From Buchnera aphidicola (Neophyllaphis podocarpi) (GTDB lineage: Bacteria > Pseudomonadota > Gammaproteobacteria > Enterobacterales > Enterobacteriaceae): a DNA stretch of 32,000 nucleotides. The notes under the pieces are model-generated. The model was not told the DNA's origin, did not search any database, and was given only the letters and a program-made list of their open reading frames with translations. The translations under genes were made by a program, and so were the position numbers. The DNA lies in contig NZ_OZ060386.1 of the NCBI RefSeq assembly GCF_964059055.1, forward strand, positions 360,001-392,000. The letters are read 5' to 3'. Every line of letters starts with the position of its first letter. Positions within the stretch are counted from its first letter, which is position 1. Of this stretch, positions 20,289 through 31,049 are shown piece after piece.

Positions 20289-21743
20289 TTAATTAGTTCC
20301 TCCAATAGTTAAATTATTTAATTTAATAGTTGGTTGGCCTACTCCTACAGGAATACTTTGACCATCTTTTATGCATATACCTATACCACTATCTAAGGAT
20401 AAATCATTCCCTACCATAGAAATTTGCTGCATTACTTCAATACCAGATCCAATTAATGTTGCATTTTTTATAGGATTTGTAATTTTTCCATTTTTTATTA
20501 AATAAGCTTCTGAAGTAGAAAATACAAATTGACCTGAAGTAATATCTACTTGACCTCCGCTGAAATTTGTAGCATACAAACCAAAACCAACACTTTCGAT
20601 AATTTCATCTTTATTTGATAAACCAGGCAACATATAAGTATTAGTCATACGAGGCATGGGCAAATGAGCATAAGACTCACGACGGCAATTACCTGTAGAT
20701 TTAGTATCCATAAATTTAGCGTTTAATTTGTCTTGCATATAACATTTTAATATTCCATTTTCAATTAAAATATTTTTTTGACTAGGAGTTCCTTCATCAT
20801 CAATTGTTAAAGAACCTCTCCTACCAAATATAGTTCCATCATCTATAATAGTACATAAACTTGAAGCAACTTTTTTGCCTATTTTATTACTAAATAAAGA
20901 AGTACCATGTCTATTAAAATCTCCTTCTAATCCATGACCAACAGCTTCATGTAATAATACTCCAGGCCATCCAGAACCTAATACAACAGCATAAGAACCT
21001 GAAGGAGCAGGTATTGCATATAAATTTAATAAAGCAGAACGAACAGCTTCTAGAGTCCAATATATTATATTAGTTTCACCTGAATTATTTTTTTCCATAA
21101 AAAATTTATAACCATCACGTCTACCTCCACCCATAAATCCTTGTTCTCTTTTACCATTCTCTTCAACAAAAACACTAATATAAACATGTATTAAAGGTCT
21201 AATATCATAAGATAAATTACCATCTGTGGATGAAACAAAAATATTTTCATAATTACTCAAAATACGAGCATTAACATCTACAACTCTTTTATCAGCTTTT
21301 CTAGCAACATTATTTATAATATTTAATATATCTATTTTTTCTTCAGAAGTATTACCTCTTAAAGGATTTATAAAATTGTATTTATTACTAGTGATAACAT
21401 TATTAAAATTAATAATTTTATTATTTACATAATTTTTATCATAAATACTATCACATGCCATTTTTGAAATTTTAAATAATGAATCTACATTTATATCATT
21501 AGAATAAGAAAAACCAGTTTTGGAACCATTAATAGCTCTTATACCTATTCCATGATCTTCGTGGTAAGAACCTGTTTTAATAATGCCATTCTCTAGCAAC
21601 CAAGATTCCTGTAATATTGATTGAATATAGATATCTCCATATTCTATTTTAGAATCAGACATTTTATTTAAAACATCATAAATATTTTCTTTATGGATAT
21701 TATTAGAAGTTAATAAATTCTGTTTTACTGAATTAATAGTCAT
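20289..21743 (-). CDS. tldD: metalloprotease TldD
   Basis: The 484-aa ORF (E. coli 481) has the zinc motif [15 protein letters not shown] and a C-terminal GxGQP... region, collinear with E. coli TldD. Confidence 0.92.
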   Translation of the reverse strand: MTINSVKQNLLTSNNIHKENIYDVLNKMSDSKIEYGDIYIQSILQESWLLENGIIKTGSYHEDHGIGIRAINGSKTGFSYSNDINVDSLFKISKMACDSIYDKNYVNNKIINFNNVITSNKYNFINPLRGNTSEEKIDILNIINNVARKADKRVVDVNARILSNYENIFVSSTDGNLSYDIRPLIHVYISVFVEENGKREQGFMGGGRRDGYKFFMEKNNSGETNIIYWTLEAVRSALLNLYAIPAPSGSYAVVLGSGWPGVLLHEAVGHGLEGDFNRHGTSLFSNKIGKKVASSLCTIIDDGTIFGRRGSLTIDDEGTPSQKNILIENGILKCYMQDKLNAKFMDTKSTGNCRRESYAHLPMPRMTNTYMLPGLSNKDEIIESVGFGLYATNFSGGQVDITSGQFVFSTSEAYLIKNGKITNPIKNATLIGSGIEVMQQISMVGNDLSLDSGIGICIKDGQSIPVGVGQPTIKLNNLTIGGTN

Positions 21744-21914
21744 TATTATAAACCTATAAAAATAAAATAATTGGATTATATAAAATATTATTTAATAATT
21801 TATTTAAGATTTTAAAAAATAATAATTATCAAAATAGTTTAAAAAATTATTATTTAATATTTATATATTCCAAAAATAATAATTAAAAAAACAAAAATTC
21901 TTTAATATTAATTA

Positions 21915-21942
21915 TTGATATATTAATACAATATAGTATTAT
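21915..21942 (+). promoter_or_regulatory. candidate sigma70 promoter upstream of aroQ-accBC
   Basis: TTGATA (21915-21920), a 16-nt spacer, then TATTAT (21937-21942), about 75 nt upstream of the aroQ ATG. Such hexamers are common in this A+T-rich background, so the evidence is weak. Confidence 0.25.
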
Positions 21943-22015
21943 TTGAAAAATAGTATTTAATATTTATTTTAGTTATTATTTTATCATAAACAGTGTATAG
22001 GATTTTTAAAAACAG

Positions 22016-22459
22016 ATGAAAAAAAAAAATAATGTTTTAATATTAAATGGTCCAAATTTAAATTTGTTAGGTATAAGAGAAAAAAATATTTATGGTAATT
22101 TTACAATTGAAGAATTAATAAAAATTACTACAAAAGAAGCAAAAAAACTAAATATAAAATTATTTCATATACAATCTAATGCAGAGCATATTTTAATAGA
22201 TGAAATACATAAATGTATGAATTATATAAATTTCATAATTATAAATCCGGCTGGTTTATCACATACTAGTATATCTCTAAGAGATGCATTATTATCAGTG
22301 AATATAAAATTTATAGAAGTACATATATCTAATATATATAAAAGAGAAGAATTTAGGAAAAATTCATATATTTCTGATATAGCAGATGGAATAATATGCG
22401 GTTTTGGAATTAATAGTTATTTATTAGCTTTAAAAGCATCTGCAGAATTGTTAAAATAG
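22016..22459 (+). CDS. aroQ: 3-dehydroquinate dehydratase, type II
   Basis: The 147-aa ORF contains [15 protein letters not shown]...[15 protein letters not shown]...[17 protein letters not shown]...[14 protein letters not shown], matching E. coli AroQ motifs. It lies upstream of accB-accC, as in E. coli. Confidence 0.94.
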   Translation: MKKKNNVLILNGPNLNLLGIREKNIYGNFTIEELIKITTKEAKKLNIKLFHIQSNAEHILIDEIHKCMNYINFIIINPAGLSHTSISLRDALLSVNIKFIEVHISNIYKREEFRKNSYISDIADGIICGFGINSYLLALKASAELLK

Positions 22460-22483
22460 AATAATAGTATTTTAGGTTTCAAT

Positions 22484-22924
22484 ATGGATATAAAAAAAAT
22501 AAGTAAGCTAATTAAATTAATAGAACAATCATGTATTAGTGAAATTAAAATTTCTAATGGATCAGAAGTAGTAAAAATTAAAAAAAGCATTTATATGCAT
22601 AAAAACACAAAAAATTCAGAAAAAATACAAATATATAAAAAAAATAATTTAAATAAAAGAATAAGAAATAACAAAAAAAACAAGGAAAAAAAAACAATAA
22701 TAAAATCACCAATGGTAGGTACTTTTTATTATAATTCACATAAAGATTCCAAACCATTTATATCAATAAATCAAAGAATTAATAAAGGAGATATAATTTA
22801 CATTATTGAAGCTATGAAAGTAGTAAATCATGTAAGATCAGAAAAATCAGGCATAATTAAAAAAATTTTAGTAAAAAATGGACAATCAGTAGAATTTGAT
22901 CAACCATTAATTATTATAGAATAA
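22484..22924 (+). CDS. accB: acetyl-CoA carboxylase biotin carboxyl carrier protein
   Basis: [24 protein letters not shown] matches E. coli [32 protein letters not shown] is present, and the biotinyl-lysine motif is IEAMKVVN (E. coli VEAMKMMN). The Ala/Pro linker is replaced by a Lys/Asn-rich one. Confidence 0.94.
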   Translation: MDIKKISKLIKLIEQSCISEIKISNGSEVVKIKKSIYMHKNTKNSEKIQIYKKNNLNKRIRNNKKNKEKKTIIKSPMVGTFYYNSHKDSKPFISINQRINKGDIIYIIEAMKVVNHVRSEKSGIIKKILVKNGQSVEFDQPLIIIE

Positions 22925-22938
22925 AAGGGAGAATTAAT

Positions 22939-24300
22939 CTGAAAAAAATTCTAATTGCTAATAGAGGGGAAATAGCACTACGTATCTTAAGAAGTTGCAA
23001 AGAAATGGGCATAAAAACAGTTGCAGTACATTCTACAATAGATAAAAATTTAAAACATGTGTTATTAGCAGATGAAACAGTATGTATAGGACCTCCTGAA
23101 ATATCAAAAAGTTATTTAAATATTCCATCAATTATTTCAGCAGCTGAGATTACCGGATCTACAGCTATTCATCCAGGTTATGGCTTTCTAGCAGAAAATG
23201 CAAATTTTGCAGAACAAGTAGAAAAATCAGGTTTTATATTTATAGGTCCAAAAGCAGATACAATGAAAAAAATGGGAGACAAAATATCTGCTATAAAGAT
23301 AATGAAAAGTTACAAAATTCCATGTATACCTGGTTCAAATAAAAAAATAAGTATAAACATGAAAAAAAATTATAAATATGCTGAAGAAATTGGTTATCCA
23401 ATTATATTAAAAGCTTCAAAAGGAGGAGGAGGTAGAGGAATAAGAATTGTAAAAAATAAATACAAATTAAAAGAGAATATAATTTTAGTAAAAAAAGAAT
23501 CTAATTTATCATTTAATGACAAAACAATATTTATGGAAAAATATTTAAATGATGCACGTCATATTGAAATACAAATATTAGCAGATGGAAAAGGTAATGC
23601 AGTATACATATCTAATAGAGACTGTTCAATCCAATTAAATAATCGTAAAATTTTAGAAGAAGCTCCTGCTATAGGTATTAATAAAAATATCATTGATAAT
23701 ATAAGTAAAATATGCATAAATGTTTGTATAAAAATAAAATATAAAGGAGTAGGAACTTTTGAATTTTTATACAAAAACAAAAAATTTTTCTTTATAGAAA
23801 TGAATACTAGAATTCAAGTTGAACATGCAATTACAGAAATGGTTACAGGAATAGATTTAATTAAAGAGCAAATAAATATATCATTTGGAAAAATACTATC
23901 AATTAAACAAAATCAAATAAAAACAAAAGGTCACTCTATAGAATGTAGAATAAATGCAGAAAATATTAAAACATTACTTCCTAGTACTGGTAAAATAGAA
24001 GAATTACATATTCCTAGTGGTTTCGGAATTCGATGGGAATCACATATTTACAACGGATATCCAATAACTCATTACTATGACTCAATGATAGCTAAAGTTA
24101 TATCATTAGGTGAAAATAGATATATTGCAATCAAAAAAATGCAAAATGCTTTAACAGAAACTATTATTAGCGGTATAGAAACAAATATAAAATTACAAAA
24201 AAAAATATTAAATAACAAAAAATTTATTAAAGGTAAAATTAATTCTAAATTTATAAAAGACATAGTAGAAAATATAAAAAATCAAAACATGCACTTCTAA
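22939..24300 (+). CDS. accC: acetyl-CoA carboxylase biotin carboxylase subunit (non-canonical start, probably CTG)
   Basis: The ORF track starts at the ATG at 23005 ([10 protein letters not shown]...). The same frame upstream reads (CTG)[21 protein letters not shown], matching E. coli residues 2-23, [29 protein letters not shown] lies at 22926-22932, 6 nt before the CTG at 22939. The remainder is collinear with E. coli AccC ([18 protein letters not shown]). Confidence 0.9.
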   Translation: MKKILIANRGEIALRILRSCKEMGIKTVAVHSTIDKNLKHVLLADETVCIGPPEISKSYLNIPSIISAAEITGSTAIHPGYGFLAENANFAEQVEKSGFIFIGPKADTMKKMGDKISAIKIMKSYKIPCIPGSNKKISINMKKNYKYAEEIGYPIILKASKGGGGRGIRIVKNKYKLKENIILVKKESNLSFNDKTIFMEKYLNDARHIEIQILADGKGNAVYISNRDCSIQLNNRKILEEAPAIGINKNIIDNISKICINVCIKIKYKGVGTFEFLYKNKKFFFIEMNTRIQVEHAITEMVTGIDLIKEQINISFGKILSIKQNQIKTKGHSIECRINAENIKTLLPSTGKIEELHIPSGFGIRWESHIYNGYPITHYYDSMIAKVISLGENRYIAIKKMQNALTETIISGIETNIKLQKKILNNKKFIKGKINSKFIKDIVENIKNQNMHF

Positions 24301-24331
24301 GATTTACTAAAATTATTTGAAGTGCAGTTTT
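24290..24331. terminator. candidate bidirectional terminator between convergent accC and fis
   Basis: TGCACTTC (24290-24297, overlapping the accC stop) pairs with GAAGTGCA (24319-24326). It is followed by GTTTTAT on the + strand and TGTTTTGATTTTTT on the - strand. The 21-nt loop is long for a terminator. Confidence 0.4.
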
Positions 24332-24358
24332 ATAATATTTAGTCAAAATATATTTATT

Positions 24359-24658
24359 TTAATTCATTCCATATTTCTTTAATTTTTTACGTAATGTACC
24401 TCTATTAATACCCATTAAAGAAGCAGCTTTAGTTTGATTACCTCTAGTATGTTGCATAATAACATCTAATAAAGGTTGTTCTACTTCATTCAAAAAATAA
24501 TTATAAATATTCTTTAAATTAGAATGATTTAAATTAGAAAAAAAATTTTTTAAAGCTATACTAATAACATTACGTAAAGGTTTTTCCACAATTTTATTGT
24601 TTATATTTATAGTAGGAACTAAAACTACAAAATTAGAATTTATATTATTTAAAAACAT
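24359..24658 (-). CDS. fis: DNA-binding protein Fis
   Basis: In this 99-aa ORF the C-terminal half, LNEVEQPLLDVIMQHTRGNQTKAASLMGINRGTLRKKLKKYGMN, is nearly identical to E. coli Fis. Confidence 0.96.
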   Translation of the reverse strand: MFLNNINSNFVVLVPTININNKIVEKPLRNVISIALKNFFSNLNHSNLKNIYNYFLNEVEQPLLDVIMQHTRGNQTKAASLMGINRGTLRKKLKKYGMN

Positions 24659-24817
24659 GATTTCATATTCTCTTTATATTTAGTAAAGATATCTTAATTA
24701 TACAACATTTATTATTTAAAGAATTAAAACTAGAAATTATTTATAATAAATAAAAAATAAAAAATAAAACAAGAAAATAATTATCTTTATACTAACTAAA
24801 AAATTAAAAAATCAAAT

Positions 24818-25767
24818 TTAAACATGTTTAATTAATTTAATTAGTGAAATCATATCATAAGGCAAAGAAATTCTCCATTTCATTTTCTTTTTAGTAATAG
24901 GATGATATAATTCTAACATAAACGCATGTAATGCCTGGCGATGAAATTCATTAATTTTTTTATTAAAAAAATTTTTTTTATATATCATTTTATGGTGGTT
25001 ATTAATATATAATTTATCCCCTACAATAGGATGATTAATATGTGATAAGTGAACACGAATCTGATGAGTTCTACCTGTTCCTAAAGAAATAAATAAAAAA
25101 GAAAAATTTTTAAAATAACTAATGACTTTACAGTTAGTAATTGACTCTTTACCTTTATTATTAACACTCATTTTTGTTCTATAAATTTTATGTCTAGCTA
25201 TAGGATAATTAATTTTTATATTAGAGCTAACATTACCATATACTATAGACTTATAATACCTTTTAACTTTATGTAATTTAAAATAATTTATTAAAATATT
25301 ATATGAAATAATATTTTTTGCAATAACCATTAAACCTGAAGTATTTTTATCTAAACGATGTACTATACCAACTCTAGGAATATTTATCATTTTATAATCA
25401 CGATAAAGTAATGCATTTAAAACAGTTCCATTTAAATTACCAGCTCCTGGATGAACAACTAAATTACATGGTTTATTAATAACTATTATATCTTTATCTT
25501 CATATATTATATCTAAATTTATATTTTGAGGTATTAACTCATTTAGATTACTCTGAACAATTTTAACATAAATTTTGTCTCCATTAAAAATTTTTTTTTA
25601 GGAACGTTTACAATAATATTATTTACATAAACTTGATTTTTTAAAATGACTTTTTTAAAAAAAGAACGAGAATAATTTTTAAACAAATAAACTAAAACAT
25701 AGTCTAATCTTTTTCCAAATAATTCAGAATTAAAAACAAATGAACTTAAATGATATTCTTTAAACAT
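24818..25767 (-). pseudogene. rluD: 23S rRNA pseudouridine synthase RluD, interrupted by a frameshift in an A9 tract (T9 on + strand, 25591-25599); possibly rescued by slippage or a sequencing artefact
   Basis: The N-terminal ORF 25543..25767 carries the S4 domain (GKRLDYVLVYLFKNYSRSFFKKVILKNQVYVNN). After the A9 run, the other frame, translated by hand, reads [62 protein letters not shown]...RVGIVHRLDKNTSG...GRTHQIRVH...FHRQALHAFMLELYHPIT. This is collinear with E. coli RluD, and the catalytic Asp motif is intact. A10 would give a single protein of about 316 aa. Confidence 0.88.
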
Positions 25768-25934
25768 AAAATAATCCTTAAAATAGTTATATAAATATAT
25801 AATTAATTAAAATATATTAGAAAATAAATATAAATTAAAATTATAACAAAATATTCAAGATTACATTACAATAGTTTAATATATAAAGATCTATAATAAT
25901 TTAAGTAAATATTTTATATCACAAAAAAATATAT

Positions 25935-28547
25935 ATGATAAAAACCACAAATGAAATACGTAAAATGTTTCTGGAATTTTTTTATAATAAAGATCATAAA
26001 ATTTTAGAAAGCAGTTCACTAATACCTAAAAATGATAACACGTTATTATTTACAAATGCAGGTATGAATCAATTTAAAAATATTTTTTTAGGAAGTGAAA
26101 AAGCAAAATATCCCAGAATTGTAACTACGCAAAAATGTTTAAGAACAGGAGGAAAGCACAATGATATTGAAAATGTAGGAAATAGTAACAAACATCATAC
26201 ATTTTTTGAAATGCTAGGAAATTTTAGTTTTAATGATTATTTTAAAAAAGAAGCAATTAATTATGCTTGGGAATTACTAACAAGTAAAAAATGGTTTAAT
26301 TTACCAAAAGAAAATTTTATAATTACGATATACAAAACAGACAAAGAAACTTATAAAATATGGTTAAATGACATAGGAATAAATAAAAATAATTTAATAA
26401 AAATAGGAGACAACAAAAAAAATAAATACTGCTCAGATAATTTTTGGCAAATGGGAAAAGACGGACCTTGCGGACCATGTACAGAAATTTATTATAATAA
26501 TAATACAAAAAATACATGTTTTAAAAAAAATAAAGAAGATTTTATCGAAGTTTGGAATATAGTATTTATGCAATTTAATAAAATTTCTCATGATAATATT
26601 AAACCTTTAAGAAAATCATATATTGATACAGGAATGGGATTAGAAAGAATTTCTGCAGTATTACAAAAAGTAAATTCTAATTTTAAAATAGATATTTTTA
26701 TAGAATTAATTAATCATATAATTAGTTTAGCTGACAAAAAAATAATAAATAAAAAATCTATATATATTATAGCAGATCATATAAGATCTATATCTTTTAT
26801 GATAATAGAAGATATAACTCCATCAAATGAAGGTAGAGGATATACTCTTAGAAAACTTATTAGAAGATCAGTATTACATGGAAGTAAAATTGGTATTAAA
26901 ATAATTTTTTTACATAAATTAATTCCTGTATTAATTAAAACAATGGGATTCTTTGCAAATGAAATTAAAAATAAAAAAAATAAAATAAAAAAAATAATAA
27001 AAGAAGAAGAAAAAAAATTTTTAATTCTATTAAAAAAAGGAAAAAAATTATTAAATCAACATCTAAATGATAAACAAAAAATCATTTCAGGGAAAAAAAT
27101 ATTTTATTTGTATGATACATTTGGAATACCTATAGAATTAATGTCAGATATATGCAATACAAAACAAATCAAACTAGATATTAATGGATTTAGAAAATGT
27201 ATGGAAAAACAAAAAACATTAGCTAGAAATAATAATAATTTTGATAAAAAATATAATACCTCCATACTACCAATAAATTCAATATCTAAATTTAAAGGAT
27301 TTGAAAAACACCAAATAACATCCAAAATTATTTTTATAATTGTCAATAACAATTTATTAAAACAAATAAATAAAAATGATGAAACAATTATTATATTACA
27401 AGAAACATGTTTTTTTCCTGAATCTAGTGGTCAAAAAGGAGACACAGGATATATAAAAACAAGTACAGGATTATTTAAAGTAAAAAATACTATTAAATAT
27501 GGATTATCAATAGCTCATATTGGAGAATTAAAACAAGGAAGTATAAATATAAATGATTCTGCAGATATCATATTAAATCAGGAAAGAAGAAATAAAATAG
27601 AAATAAATCATACCGCAACACATTTATTAAATGCTGCTTTAAAAAAAATTTTGGAATCTGAAATAGAACAAAAAGGATCTTGGATAAATGACAAATATTT
27701 AAGATTAGATTTTACATACAAAAAAAATATAAAAATACATCTAATACATCAAATAGAAAATTTAGTTAATTATCACATTAGAAAAAATCATGAAATTAAA
27801 ACTTTTAATATGAAATTTGAAGATGCTTGCAAAAAAAATATATCTAAATTAGAAAACAAAACATATAAATCAATCGTAAGAGTTTTATCTATAAATAAAT
27901 TTTCAAATGAATTATGCGGTGGAACACATACAAAAAATACTGGTAATATTGGATTATTTAAAATAATATCATGTGTTAGTAATTCAGCAAATACTAGAAG
28001 AATAGAAGCAGTTACTGGACAAATAGCTTTAGATAAAATACATGAACAAAATATAGAAATAAAACATATTAATTCAATTCTTGGCACAAATAATAATCAA
28101 ATAAAATCAAAAATTCAAAATTTAATTTATGATAAAATAAATTTAGAAAAGCAAGTTGCTTCATATAAAATTAAAGAAATTGAAATAACATACAAAAAAA
28201 TAATTAAAAATTTTATAAAAATAAAAGATATTAAATTTATTTTTTATATTTTAGATAATATAGAAAATAAACTAATATTTAAATTAATAGATAAAATCAA
28301 AAATAAAATAAAACCTGTAATTATTGTAATAATTAATAAAAAAAATGAAAAAAATTTTATTATAATATCAATCAGTAATTGCATTACAAAAAAAATACAA
28401 GCAAAAGATATAATAAAAATTATACTTAAAAAAACAAATGGAAAAGGAGGAGGAGGAAAAAATATAGCTATAGGAGGAAATATTAATTTAAATTATATAG
28501 AAAAAGCAATAAATAATTTAAAATTATGGATAAATCAAAATATATAA
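25935..28547 (+). CDS. alaS: alanine--tRNA ligase
   Basis: The ORF is 870 aa (E. coli 876). The N-terminus has EIRKMFLEFFYNKDHKILESSSLIPKNDNTLLFTNAGMNQFK. The editing-domain motifs HTATHLL and CGGTH are present, and the C-terminus has GGGGKNIAIGG. Confidence 0.96.
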   Translation: MIKTTNEIRKMFLEFFYNKDHKILESSSLIPKNDNTLLFTNAGMNQFKNIFLGSEKAKYPRIVTTQKCLRTGGKHNDIENVGNSNKHHTFFEMLGNFSFNDYFKKEAINYAWELLTSKKWFNLPKENFIITIYKTDKETYKIWLNDIGINKNNLIKIGDNKKNKYCSDNFWQMGKDGPCGPCTEIYYNNNTKNTCFKKNKEDFIEVWNIVFMQFNKISHDNIKPLRKSYIDTGMGLERISAVLQKVNSNFKIDIFIELINHIISLADKKIINKKSIYIIADHIRSISFMIIEDITPSNEGRGYTLRKLIRRSVLHGSKIGIKIIFLHKLIPVLIKTMGFFANEIKNKKNKIKKIIKEEEKKFLILLKKGKKLLNQHLNDKQKIISGKKIFYLYDTFGIPIELMSDICNTKQIKLDINGFRKCMEKQKTLARNNNNFDKKYNTSILPINSISKFKGFEKHQITSKIIFIIVNNNLLKQINKNDETIIILQETCFFPESSGQKGDTGYIKTSTGLFKVKNTIKYGLSIAHIGELKQGSININDSADIILNQERRNKIEINHTATHLLNAALKKILESEIEQKGSWINDKYLRLDFTYKKNIKIHLIHQIENLVNYHIRKNHEIKTFNMKFEDACKKNISKLENKTYKSIVRVLSINKFSNELCGGTHTKNTGNIGLFKIISCVSNSANTRRIEAVTGQIALDKIHEQNIEIKHINSILGTNNNQIKSKIQNLIYDKINLEKQVASYKIKEIEITYKKIIKNFIKIKDIKFIFYILDNIENKLIFKLIDKIKNKIKPVIIVIINKKNEKNFIIISISNCITKKIQAKDIIKIILKKTNGKGGGGKNIAIGGNINLNYIEKAINNLKLWINQNI

Positions 28548-28548
28548 A

Positions 28549-28576
28549 TTGACTACTTTATATATTAATATATGTT
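28549..28576 (+). promoter_or_regulatory. candidate sigma70 promoter for csrA
   Basis: TTGACT (28549-28554) lies immediately after the alaS stop, followed by a 16-nt spacer and TATGTT (28571-28576). The -10 element is weak. The same AATTGACT octamer recurs at 28830-28837. Confidence 0.3.
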
Positions 28577-28630
28577 TTATAAGCATTAAATAAGAATGAA
28601 TCTTTGTATTTTTTTAAGGAGTAAAATAGA

Positions 28631-28810
28631 ATGCTTATTCTAACTCGTAGAGTTGGTGAGACTCTTATGATAGGTGATGAAGTTACAGTAACTGTATTAG
28701 GAGTAAAAGGAAATCAAGTTCGCATAGGAGTAAATGCGCCCAAAAAAATTTCAGTTCACAGGGAAGAAATATATAAAAGAATTAAATCTGAAAAAATAAA
28801 TAATAAATAA
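28631..28810 (+). CDS. csrA: carbon storage regulator CsrA
   Basis: This gene is not in the ORF track (59 aa). My hand translation is [59 protein letters not shown], nearly identical to E. coli CsrA over the first ~50 aa. AAGGAG lies 10 nt upstream. It sits after alaS and before tRNA-Ser, as in E. coli. Confidence 0.95.
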   Translation: MLILTRRVGETLMIGDEVTVTVLGVKGNQVRIGVNAPKKISVHREEIYKRIKSEKINNK

Positions 28811-28831
28811 ATATATATTTTAAAAAAAAAA

Positions 28832-28860
28832 TTGACTTATTTTGTAAAAAAAGTAATATA
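28832..28860 (+). promoter_or_regulatory. candidate sigma70 promoter for the tRNA-Ser/tRNA-Arg pair
   Basis: TTGACT (28832-28837) is followed by TAATAT (28854-28859) after a 16-nt spacer, or AATATA after a 17-nt spacer. It lies about 30 nt upstream of the tRNA-Ser 5' end. Confidence 0.35.
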
Positions 28861-28890
28861 AAAATTATAAAAATTTATTTTAATATAAAA

Positions 28891-28980
28891 GGTGAGATGG
28901 CCGAGAGGATTAAGGCGCTCTCCTGCTAAGAGAGTATGTAACTAATAAATGCATCGAGGGTTCGAATCCCTCTCTCACCA
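28891..28980 (+). tRNA. serV: tRNA-Ser (anticodon GCU), class II
   Basis: The acceptor is GGTGAGA/TCTCACC. The anticodon stem is CTCTC/GAGAG with loop CTGCTAA (GCT). A long variable arm is present, and the T arm is GAGGG-TTCGAAT-CCCTC. Its position after csrA matches E. coli serV. The discriminator A is followed by TAA, so no CCA is encoded. Confidence 0.9.
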
Positions 28981-29019
28981 TAAATTAAATAAAAATTTAA
29001 AATATAAAATATATACTTA

Positions 29020-29093
<74 letters not shown>

Positions 29094-29135
29094 ATATAAA
29101 AAAATTAAGTATTTAATTATAAATAAAATATAATA

Positions 29136-29161
29136 ATTATGTTTACATAATCATTTTTTTT
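29136..29161 (+). terminator. weak candidate terminator after the tRNA pair
   Basis: ATTATGT-TT-ACATAAT (29136-29151, A+T-rich, very small loop) is followed by CA and a T8 run (29154-29161). Confidence 0.3.
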
Positions 29162-29222
29162 AAAAAATTATATATATTAATATAATTTGAAAACTAAGAT
29201 TATAAGGCAAAAAACATACAAA

Positions 29223-30749
29223 ATGTTATCTAATATTTCAAAAGAGCTAAACTGGTTACAAAAAAATAATAAAATATTAAAAGGAATTAAAAAAGGTATA
29301 GAAAGAGAAACATTAAGAATTGAATATAATGGAAATATATCACCTAAAAATCACCCTAAAAAAATGGGATCTTCATTAACTAATAAATGGATTACTACAG
29401 ATTTTTCTGAAAGTTTAATGGAATTTATTACTCCTGCATATGATAATATAAATAAAACAATATTTTTCCTGCAAGATATTCATAATTATGTGTCTAATAA
29501 TTTGATTAAAGAATATATGTGGCCTTTTAGTATGCCTGGATTTATTAAAAATCAAAATAAAATTGAAATTGCAAACTATGGAACATCTAATATAGCTAAA
29601 ATAAAAAAAATATATAGAGAAGGTTTAAAAAATAGATATGGTGTTTATATGAATATCATGTCAGGAATACATTATAATTTTTCTTTTCCAAAAAAATTTT
29701 GGAAATATTGGTTTGAGTATAAAGGATTAAAAAAAAACCAACATAACATATCTAATAGTTATATGAAATTAATTAGAAATTATTATAGATTTGGTTGGAT
29801 AATACCATATTTATTTGGAGCATCTCCTGCTATATGCTCTTCATTTCTAAAAAAAAATAAAACTAATATAAAATTCATAAAAAATAAAAAAGAAGTTTTG
29901 TACCTTCCTTGGGCTACATCTTTAAGATTAAGTGAAATTGGTTATAACAATAAATTGCAAAAAGAAATAAAAATTAATTTTAATTCTATTAATTATTATA
30001 TAAAACAACTAAAATTAGCTCTAAATACACCTATAAAAAAATTCAAAAAATTTGATGTTTGTAAAAATAAAATAAAAAAACAACTAAATTGTAATATATT
30101 ACAAATGGAAAATGAACTTTATACACAAATTAGACCTAAAGTAAATATTAAACCTAATCAAATACATTATAAAGAATTACTGAATAAAGGTATAGAATAT
30201 ATAGAAATAAGATCATTAGATGTAAATCCTTTTTCTTCTATAGGAATAAATAAAATACAGATGCATTTTTTAGAAATATTTATCATATGGTGTATGATAG
30301 GAAGTTCCAAAAAAATGAATCAAACAGAACTAAATATTTCGAATGAAAATTGGAATCGTATTATATTAGAAGGTAGAAAACCTAAACAAATTATAAAATT
30401 TAAAAAAAATAAAACAATTTATTTAAAAAATGTTATGAATCACATAATAAAAGATCTATATGAAATAGCAGAAATATTAGATGACAAATCAAAAAATAAA
30501 TCTTATACAAAATCTTGCAATAATGTATATGAATTAATTAAATATCCAGAATTAACTTACTCTAATATTACTCTCAAAAAAAATCTAAAATATGGAATGA
30601 AAGAAAGCGGTTTAATGTTAGCAGAAAAATATTTTAATAAATTTAAAAATAAATCAATGAAAATTTTAAAATATGAAGATTTTATAAAAGAAATAAAATA
30701 TTCAAATAAACTAAAAAAAGAAATAGAAAATCAAGAAAAAATCAATTAA
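29223..30749 (+). CDS. gshA: glutamate--cysteine ligase
   Basis: The ORF-track frame begins at the TTG at 29187. I prefer the ATG at 29223 because MLSNISKELNWLQKNNKILKGIKKGIERETLRI aligns with E. coli [33 protein letters not shown]. Other matches include KWITTDFSESLMEFITP, YREGLKNRYG, RNYYRFGWIIPYLFGASPAICSSF and IEIRSLDVNPF. Confidence 0.95.
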   Translation: MLSNISKELNWLQKNNKILKGIKKGIERETLRIEYNGNISPKNHPKKMGSSLTNKWITTDFSESLMEFITPAYDNINKTIFFLQDIHNYVSNNLIKEYMWPFSMPGFIKNQNKIEIANYGTSNIAKIKKIYREGLKNRYGVYMNIMSGIHYNFSFPKKFWKYWFEYKGLKKNQHNISNSYMKLIRNYYRFGWIIPYLFGASPAICSSFLKKNKTNIKFIKNKKEVLYLPWATSLRLSEIGYNNKLQKEIKINFNSINYYIKQLKLALNTPIKKFKKFDVCKNKIKKQLNCNILQMENELYTQIRPKVNIKPNQIHYKELLNKGIEYIEIRSLDVNPFSSIGINKIQMHFLEIFIIWCMIGSSKKMNQTELNISNENWNRIILEGRKPKQIIKFKKNKTIYLKNVMNHIIKDLYEIAEILDDKSKNKSYTKSCNNVYELIKYPELTYSNITLKKNLKYGMKESGLMLAEKYFNKFKNKSMKILKYEDFIKEIKYSNKLKKEIENQEKIN

Positions 30750-31049
30750 TTAAAAAAACAAATTTATTATAAATAGAAATTTATTTAAATTAATTGCATA
30801 AAAATATTTTTATACAATAAAATTATATCTAAATTTAAATTAAACTACATAAATCAATATACAAATATATTGATTTAATACATTAAAAAATAAAATTTCA
30901 TACAAATTAACTAAGAAAATAAAATATATTTATACAATTAAACTTTAATATAAAAATATTATTTAGTTGTATACTATACATAATCAGTGAATTTTATTAA
31001 TAACTATATTATTATATTAAAATAATTTATTAATAAAATTGATTAAATA

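Noticed and set aside
29187-29222. A TTG-initiated 12-codon extension of gshA.
   Set aside because: The ATG at 29223 aligns with the E. coli GshA N-terminus, and the extension is unsupported. This is a start-site call only and is not certain.
30850-30877. A perfect 12-bp hairpin (TAAATCAATATA / TATATTGATTTA, loop CAAA) about 100 nt downstream of gshA, considered as a possible terminator.
   Set aside because: It is almost entirely A+T (a single C-G pair), with no following U tract on either strand. By my rough estimate, 12-bp perfect stems are expected by chance a few times in 32 kb at this composition.
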